64,000 nucleotides of DNA from a virus: the IMG/VR virus record IMGVR_UViG_3300036767_000362; one strand, 5' to 3'. The notes below the pieces were generated by a model that ran no database searches, had not been told where the DNA came from, and was given only the letters and a program-made list of their open reading frames with translations. Position numbers and translations under genes: made by a program. Below, piece by piece: positions 58,018 to 64,000 of the stretch; within the stretch, counting starts at the first letter, position 1; each line of letters begins with the position of its first letter.

Positions 58018-59144
58018 CCTGTGGACTTTGCTGATAATGTTTCTGCTAGTCTTCTTGACATTCTTAAAATTGATTCTCTTTTGCCTCTGTCTGCTGGTAA
58101 ATCTCCACCAGTTGCAGGTTCGCTCGCTCCGAAATCGTCTGCTGGAACATCTGCTATATCATCTGTTGGTTCTACTACAGGCTCTTCTGGAGTATCTGTT
58201 CCCATTGTTGCTGGAACTGTCTCGCCTGTCAGGACGGCTACGCCTCCTGTTAATGATGTTCTTGTAACTTCTAGTGCTGAGTATAATGATTCTAATGCTG
58301 GTTTAACTTGATTAACAAAACTTTCTGATTGCTCTGAGCCTACTTCATCTCTAATTGCATCGCTTAATTCTAACATTGATTCTGTTTGCATAGACGCTGT
58401 GTCTTCCATCCAGCCTGTGATTTTGTCAACCATATCTTTAGCCGCCATCACTAATTGTGCATTTTCTTCTGCGCCTTCTTTAACTTGTACGTCTTCTTTT
58501 TTCATTGCTTTTTTAATTGCTATATCTTTTGATTTCATATAATCTTTAGAATCGACATCGCCATCTTTGTCATGGTCTTTGCCTCCGCAACGGCAATTGC
58601 TATGCTGGCACTGGTCTTTGCCTTTTGCTTCGGTTGTTTTTAAATCTGTTGCTTTCATTGTATCAGTATTTATGTTCTCGGGTGCCATATCGCTAGGGTC
58701 TGGAATAGCATCTCCTTGGTCATCAAAGCCTTTTTCTACCATATCTATTGCAGTAGATAGTGTATATTGTGAAGTAGAATCTTTTGCATCTGCTTTTCTT
58801 CGTTCTAAATCTGCTATAACTTCAGCTTTAGGTTTAGCCAAGTGATCTGGCTCATCTTGATACTCACCTACTATTTCTTGAGCACCTACATGGATATCTG
58901 ACATACCACCTTCAATTGCCGCATTTATTACATCTAAAAACATTCTTTGTTTTTGATACTCTTCGCTAGTAGCTAAATTTTCTTGGGCTTGAAGTGTTGA
59001 AATTTTGTTGATAGTTCTTGTTTTTGCAGACTCTAATTGCTCCATTGTGAACTTTTTAAGGTCAATACTTTCACCAAACATTTGTGCTAACGTTTGATTC
59101 ATTTGCTCTGCTGTAACTTTTGCGTTAAATTGCGATATCTTCAT
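58002..59144 (-). CDS. acidic putative head/scaffold-like protein
   Basis: MKISQF start, DHDKDGDVDSKDY EF-hand-like motif, acidic C-terminus. Confidence 0.55.
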   Translation of the reverse strand: MKISQFNAKVTAEQMNQTLAQMFGESIDLKKFTMEQLESAKTRTINKISTLQAQENLATSEEYQKQRMFLDVINAAIEGGMSDIHVGAQEIVGEYQDEPDHLAKPKAEVIADLERRKADAKDSTSQYTLSTAIDMVEKGFDDQGDAIPDPSDMAPENINTDTMKATDLKTTEAKGKDQCQHSNCRCGGKDHDKDGDVDSKDYMKSKDIAIKKAMKKEDVQVKEGAEENAQLVMAAKDMVDKITGWMEDTASMQTESMLELSDAIRDEVGSEQSESFVNQVKPALESLYSALEVTRTSLTGGVAVLTGETVPATMGTDTPEEPVVEPTDDIADVPADDFGASEPATGGDLPADRGKRESILRMSRRLAETLSAKSTGKKKA

Positions 59145-59165
59145 TAATAATATCCCCTATATGAT

Positions 59166-59603
59166 TTATTTATCAAATACATACTCATCTAGGCGGTCCC
59201 TTAGGTTTAACAAATCATCCCACGCAATATCGTAACGTATATGGGCAGAATCTACAGTAACTTCATTATCAGAATTAGCTATTGTGCTTTTGAATTGTAC
59301 GCATTTATTGTATTTTGATTGGATTTCTCTATCTAGATTTGTTATTTGTTCTATGTCATCTTCACGATTATCGACTAGGGCTTTAGCTGTTGCAATGGCT
59401 CCTGTTTTAGTAAATGTAGTTGCAACTTGTCTATTATACCTTAGGTCGTATATTAAGTTACTATAACCGTTTTCTCGTATTATATAATGCTTCATCCGTA
59501 TGCCACTACCATTTTTTATAGGTATGCACACCTTATGAATGTTTCTGTCTATGAGTTTTTTTAATTCTTTAGATAGATGTTTTGTATTCATTTCCAACCA
59601 CAA
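59166..59603 (-). CDS. hypothetical protein
   Basis: 145-aa ORF. Confidence 0.5.
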   Translation of the reverse strand: MWLEMNTKHLSKELKKLIDRNIHKVCIPIKNGSGIRMKHYIIRENGYSNLIYDLRYNRQVATTFTKTGAIATAKALVDNREDDIEQITNLDREIQSKYNKCVQFKSTIANSDNEVTVDSAHIRYDIAWDDLLNLRDRLDEYVFDK

Positions 59604-59787
59604 GCACTTGTCCGTCTTTTACTATTTTTTTAACGACACTTTTGTTTATAAGATTTCTGATTAACTGTTGTTCTCTTTCGGTAAAGAGATCTAAACGACT
59701 CTGTTCTTTAAGTTTACTCAAAACGTTATATTCTTCATTTGAGACGTAAATTTTAAAACTGTCTAATATTAATTCGTTAATCTTCAT
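59569..59787 (-). CDS. hypothetical protein
   Basis: MKINEL start. Confidence 0.5.
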   Translation of the reverse strand: MKINELILDSFKIYVSNEEYNVLSKLKEQSRLDLFTEREQQLIRNLINKSVVKKIVKDGQVLVVGNEYKTSI

Positions 59788-60161
59788 CCCTGTGCTCTTT
59801 GTCTTCTTAATAAGTTGTTTATTACAGGATTCAGGTCCTTCTTATTAAGTGTGGTTGTAGGGGGTTCTCCGGGCTGTGGATCAGGGTTTTTAAATGATAC
59901 TGTATCTGCATCAATTTTGTCTATTTCCATGTCCTTTTCTTGATTTGGGCCAACAGGTATTGGAATCATTTTACCCGGTTTAAGTAAATCCTTGTTGGCG
60001 TCTTTATTAATTTGTGTGGCTACTTGTTTTGCTCCTATAGATTTGATAGTTCCTTTTGGAAGAACTCCTGTTGGAACTGGGGCTCCTGTTCCTGAGCCTG
60101 CTCCTATTTTTTTCATCAGGCTTTGAATATAATCAGTTTCTTTAATTTCTCTATATCTCAT
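59784..60161 (-). CDS. hypothetical protein
   Basis: MRYREIKE start. Confidence 0.5.
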   Translation of the reverse strand: MRYREIKETDYIQSLMKKIGAGSGTGAPVPTGVLPKGTIKSIGAKQVATQINKDANKDLLKPGKMIPIPVGPNQEKDMEIDKIDADTVSFKNPDPQPGEPPTTTLNKKDLNPVINNLLRRQRAQG

Positions 60162-60523
60162 TATCTTATCGATGCCCTTTTCCAGATACTAGGTCTTGTA
60201 GCTGTTCTAAATGATGTTCTTCCTCTAACTGTTTGGTGACCTAATCTGTTTAGTTTTGATATACGTCTAGAAAATGTAGCTCTTTTAGTTCTTGCTCTTT
60301 TAACTTTAAGTGCAGAACCTTTTCTAGCTTTTGCTCTTTTGATTGATATAATACCAGACATCCTTTTAGGAGCTGTACAAGTTTTAGGATCAGATACAAT
60401 TCTTCCTTTTCGTACCCCAGCAGTGCAACGATACTTACGTACCATTTTGCCCCCGGTTCTAGACCAGACCTGGACGAATGTTTCACCTACCTGTAATGGG
60501 CTTACTACTTCTACTATTTTCAT
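60161..60523 (-). CDS. highly basic hypothetical protein
   Basis: W.R.G.K.VRKYRCT.G.RKGRIV....C. Confidence 0.55.
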   Translation of the reverse strand: MKIVEVVSPLQVGETFVQVWSRTGGKMVRKYRCTAGVRKGRIVSDPKTCTAPKRMSGIISIKRAKARKGSALKVKRARTKRATFSRRISKLNRLGHQTVRGRTSFRTATRPSIWKRASIR

Positions 60524-60564
60524 ACTTTTCCTACTGTATGAACGTATTTAGCGAATGTGGGGGG

Positions 60565-60804
60565 TTATATTGGAAATTTTAATAATAGAACTACTATTGT
60601 GGAAAGGAGTCCAGCTACTATGGTACCTGTGGCACCTATAATAACTTTAATCATCGACTTGTTACCATGCATTATAGCTTGTTGATTTTGCTCAATTCTA
60701 GTTTCTATTGCCTCAAGTCTCTTCTCCAAAGATGCGTATCTTTGGTGACACAACTCGACGTGTGCTTCTAAATTTTTCTGTTCTATACTTCTGGACTCTG
60801 CCAT
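60565..60804 (-). CDS. coiled-coil protein with C-terminal TM
   Basis: LEAHVELC..RY..LE.RL and a hydrophobic tail. Confidence 0.55.
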   Translation of the reverse strand: MAESRSIEQKNLEAHVELCHQRYASLEKRLEAIETRIEQNQQAIMHGNKSMIKVIIGATGTIVAGLLSTIVVLLLKFPI

Positions 60805-60888
60805 TTTTTCTCTCTTCCTAATATTTTTATTATCCAGTGGAAGGGCCTAAGATTACGCCTAAAATGTGCCTTGATTCGTTTAATGTTA

Positions 60889-61320
60889 CTATTTATTGCC
60901 AATGTTGTCGTCTTTTTCTACTATTATTATATTATTAGTTTTTAAATCTTGTGTTCTGAACATACTATTGGTTAAACTAATAGTTTCGTCTAATGCATTG
61001 ATTATAGGGACCAAATCTATGTCTTCTTTTAAATGGCCGATAATTTCACTAACAGGTAAAGGGTCTGCTCTATCTTCCATTGTAAATTCCATAGACCATA
61101 CATTATGTTCTCCAGTATAGTTCTCACCAAAATTTGTATTTGCCAAATTTACTTTTTTTAATTTTGGATTGTCAATAGGTTCAATATTTGATCTAAATTG
61201 GAGACAGTTTTCAAAGGTTAGATAGTTGGCGTTTTGGGAAATAGCTTTTTCGTCTTTGCTATTATTTTTGTGTAACCCTGTTTTTGTAATGTCTACTAAT
61301 GATAAAATTTTAAATCTCAT
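60889..61320 (-). CDS. hypothetical protein
   Basis: Likely start MRFKILSLVDIT. Confidence 0.5.
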   Translation of the reverse strand: MRFKILSLVDITKTGLHKNNSKDEKAISQNANYLTFENCLQFRSNIEPIDNPKLKKVNLANTNFGENYTGEHNVWSMEFTMEDRADPLPVSEIIGHLKEDIDLVPIINALDETISLTNSMFRTQDLKTNNIIIVEKDDNIGNK

Positions 61321-61365
61321 ACACTTTTCTTCTCTTAAGCTAGTTGTACTTATTATAGATGAAAA

Positions 61366-61393
61366 AAGGGTGCTCAATTTCTTGAACACCCTT
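61366..61393 (-). terminator. intrinsic terminator
   Basis: AAGGGTG / CACCCTT stem followed by a T-run on the minus strand. Confidence 0.6.
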
Positions 61394-61431
61394 AATTCTG
61401 AGAATCTAAAAAGTTTAATTCTTATTTTAAA

Positions 61432-61800
61432 TTACAGCACGTATGTTTTAGCTGTAACAGATGCACTGCCCAAATTGATAGAATCAACTGTTCCTAAAGC
61501 CTGCACTACATCTTCTAAGTGAGCCGCTAAAGTTTCAGCATTTGTTCCATCATAAGTATCTGTTCCAAAATCACCTTCAACCGCGATTGACATATTTGCG
61601 TTTGTGTTGTGAAGTGGGCCAGCCAATACTATATTTGTAATTTGGGAAATAGCTTCTAGTGTTGCCTTAACTGCTGAATTAGGTCCTAATTTAGCATCAA
61701 CAGCCGCCGCGAAAGCGATGTCCATATGCACTAGATTTCTTCCTGTGTTGTTAAAGTCCACCGCCTCTGACGCTGGATTAACTCTTGTTACTGTCGCCAT
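61432..61800 (-). CDS. small Ala/Thr-rich putative virion protein (paralog 3)
   Basis: Strong AAGGAG SD; similar size and composition to the two upstream genes. Confidence 0.55.
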   Translation of the reverse strand: MATVTRVNPASEAVDFNNTGRNLVHMDIAFAAAVDAKLGPNSAVKATLEAISQITNIVLAGPLHNTNANMSIAVEGDFGTDTYDGTNAETLAAHLEDVVQALGTVDSINLGSASVTAKTYVL

Positions 61801-61887
61801 TTTTTTTCTCCTTTTTTCTCTTAAATGACTTAATCTACGCTCCGTAGATTAAATGTTAAAAAAATTAATATTATATTATATTAACTA

Positions 61888-62232
61888 TTAAGACCAAGTG
61901 TCGCCACTGATAGTCGTTGCCGCTACCGTAACTGCTACACCAGTCTCAGTGTCGATAAGCGCCTTTAAAGTCGCCGCCGCACCTGTACTTCCATTACCTT
62001 CGTAACCACCTTCTAAGCCTACTACTAGGTCATCAGCCGCTGGTATACCAAGTACTACGATATTCGCTTCGCCAGATATAGCTCTTACAGTTTTGTGAAA
62101 AACTGAAGATGCACCTTCTGGAGCAGTGTGAATTCCTGTAGCACCTGTAATTTTGTAAAAATCAATATCTTTCGATAAAAATTCTACGCCATTAGGGTTT
62201 GTAATGTCTTTACTTCCTGATATTACTGCCAT
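61888..62232 (-). CDS. small Ala/Thr-rich putative virion protein (paralog 2)
   Basis: AAGGAG SD; 114 aa. Confidence 0.55.
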   Translation of the reverse strand: MAVISGSKDITNPNGVEFLSKDIDFYKITGATGIHTAPEGASSVFHKTVRAISGEANIVVLGIPAADDLVVGLEGGYEGNGSTGAAATLKALIDTETGVAVTVAATTISGDTWS

Positions 62233-62322
62233 TTGTTTTCTCCTTTTTTATAAATTTTTAACAATGTTCTGGGGTGCCCAGTAAGAACACCCCAAAAACC
62301 TTATTAAAGTTATTAGCGTGAA

Positions 62323-62667
62323 TTACGCCGCTACTAGTGTAGATGCCGCTGTAACTGTTGCGCCTGATATGTCATAGCTGTTAGGACCTATTGTGTCTAA
62401 TGCTCTAAGACGTCTTTGTAAATCAGTTGCGTCAGTTTGCGAATTATCTACTATTACAGTCATTTTTCCGTTTGCGTCGTCTACAATGCTGTATAGTAAT
62501 GGTTGTACTTCACCAAGGATAACTTCAACTGCTTCTCTAGCCGCATCGTCTTCTGAACGAAGGTCTCCGCCTGCGTCGATTACGAATGCACCTAGGTTAG
62601 CTGTACTTCTTACGCCGCCGTCAGTTGCAAAATTACCGAAGCCGCTTGTTCTTGCTAATTTAGCCAT
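62323..62667 (-). CDS. small Ala/Thr-rich putative virion protein (paralog 1)
   Basis: GGGAG SD; C-terminal LQ..LRAL.T.G....D.SGATVT resembles paralog 3. Confidence 0.55.
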   Translation of the reverse strand: MAKLARTSGFGNFATDGGVRSTANLGAFVIDAGGDLRSEDDAAREAVEVILGEVQPLLYSIVDDANGKMTVIVDNSQTDATDLQRRLRALDTIGPNSYDISGATVTAASTLVAA

Positions 62668-62897
62668 TTGTTGTCTCCCTTTTAAAAAATAGTAACTCCC
62701 TAAAATTCAACGGACAGGTTGGACGTTAGTTCATTACCGTTTTGTTAAAGAAAAGATTAACAATATATGTGAATGTGTTTGTATGATCACTTTCAGCCAA
62801 TATTTGTATATTCTTTTCTCGTTATTGGCAGTCTACACTCCGTAGACTGTGTATTACATTTATTTAGTGTGGATGGGTAGAAAATTGTGTGTTAATA

Positions 62898-63785
62898 TTA
62901 CTTTCTACGTGTTTTTAGGGCTCTTTGATGCAATCCTTTTAAAATTGCTACGGTTCCTGGGCCTGCTTTAACAATATCGTCTATCATTTTAATTGCAGGA
63001 ATATATGCACCAACTATTGTAGCAGGTATAGATTTTCCTGCTAACGCAAATTCTATAAATCTTTTTAATTGAACTATGCTTTTAGTTCCAGTAAGATATC
63101 TATACATAGCAAGGTCTCTGCCTTCTACACCTATATCAGGTACACTAATTTTAGGTTCATTATCTTTAACTAATCCTGTTTCTAAATTTTTATCTGTAAT
63201 TAATCTTTGTAAATGTTGTATAATATCACTATTTCTTAATTTTGCTCTAGCGGCATGAAGTAATCTAGTAACTGCTTTTTTACGAGTTGTTGGAGTTAAA
63301 CTAGTATAATTTAATATGTCTCTTCTAACTGTTTTATAGTCGCTGTTTCTAATTTTTAAAGCAGATTCTAAGTTAGCGAATAATTGAGTATCAGTACTTT
63401 GTGTTCCACTTGCTATTTTTGATAGGTATCTGTTTAAAGCCATGGTAGGAAATGAAGTAGCTTTTCTTTTTGCCATAGCACTCTTAGGATCTTTTAATTT
63501 ATTCATTGCTCTTGCGTCACCTGTAACAAAATATATAAAATTGTACAAGTCAGTACCATTCATTCTAAAATTTTTATAGCTAGAATAAGTTGTTGTATTT
63601 TTAGCATATGCTCTTGCAAAATGTTTGTATGTTTTATATTTGCTTAATAGTTCTAAAATAAGAACAGTTAGATATAATCTTTCAGTACAGTCTGTATAAG
63701 TCAATATTTTAGTGTCACTTGAATTACGAGTCATTCTCGCTTCATATATTTCACTAATAAAAGGAACCCCAATTGTGTCTAACAT
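62898..63785 (-). CDS. conserved phage hypothetical protein
   Basis: FISEIYEARMTR start, typical of head-block genes. Confidence 0.55.
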   Translation of the reverse strand: MLDTIGVPFISEIYEARMTRNSSDTKILTYTDCTERLYLTVLILELLSKYKTYKHFARAYAKNTTTYSSYKNFRMNGTDLYNFIYFVTGDARAMNKLKDPKSAMAKRKATSFPTMALNRYLSKIASGTQSTDTQLFANLESALKIRNSDYKTVRRDILNYTSLTPTTRKKAVTRLLHAARAKLRNSDIIQHLQRLITDKNLETGLVKDNEPKISVPDIGVEGRDLAMYRYLTGTKSIVQLKRFIEFALAGKSIPATIVGAYIPAIKMIDDIVKAGPGTVAILKGLHQRALKTRRK

Positions 63786-63819
63786 TAATTTAATACCTCA
63801 TTTAAAGCAATTATCATTT

Positions 63820-64000
63820 TTAATTTGCTAGTGCAACGTTTGCCGTGGGTCCTGTTTTTGGGCCACCTTTAATTCCTGGTAGTTTAGGAGTTCTTTTTCT
63901 ACCACCGCCTTTTACTCTTCCTTTTACTTTTCCACTGCCTCCTACCCACAAACTTTCATCCTGGGCACCACCATCATCTACGTTCATGTACATTTGTCCA
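63820..64000 (-). CDS. C-terminal end of a gene starting outside the window
   Basis: Open frame ...GQMYMNVDDGG...GPTANVALAN*. Confidence 0.5.
   Translation of the reverse strand, partial: GQMYMNVDDGGAQDESLWVGGSGKVKGRVKGGGRKRTPKLPGIKGGPKTGPTANVALAN

Noticed and set aside
1-64000. Cellular (bacterial) origin, given the many host-like genes; alternative genetic code
   Set aside because: Host-like genes are interleaved with tail, lysis and T4-like replication genes at phage gene density. Long ORFs translate cleanly with the standard code, and all three stop codons are used.

Overview
This AT-rich, gene-dense window is almost entirely minus-strand and comes from a large (jumbo-type) tailed dsDNA phage genome. 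The host is probably a marine alphaproteobacterium (SAR11-like), inferred from a permuted two-piece tmRNA, DUF1178 and DUF2093 genes and the hemO-pcyX cassette. The window holds a lysis cassette, replication and nucleotide genes (RFC-type clamp loader, split DnaE fragment, ATP-dependent ligase, ThyX, NrdAB, glutaredoxin), a baseplate/tail block and putative head-protein genes. It also carries many host-like genes: ClpA, ClpS, DnaJ, GroES, Hsp20, parvulin, peptide deformylase, bS21, Csp, tmRNA, IscA, NfuA, a SET-domain protein, an Hc1 histone-like protein, lysine dehydrogenase plus ALDH7, and heme oxygenase plus PcyX. Top hypothesis: the 2187-aa virion protein carries two phycobiliprotein-like repeats that keep the bilin-attachment C-x-R-D motif, in a genome that encodes its own bilin pathway, so the virion may be bilin-chromophorylated. 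Other highlights are a tmRNA with a long non-canonical tag, two A9 runs with -1-frame C-terminal extensions, a lysine-to-aminoadipate module and a ROSE-like thermometer upstream of hsp20. All family calls come from motif recognition by eye; no searches were run.
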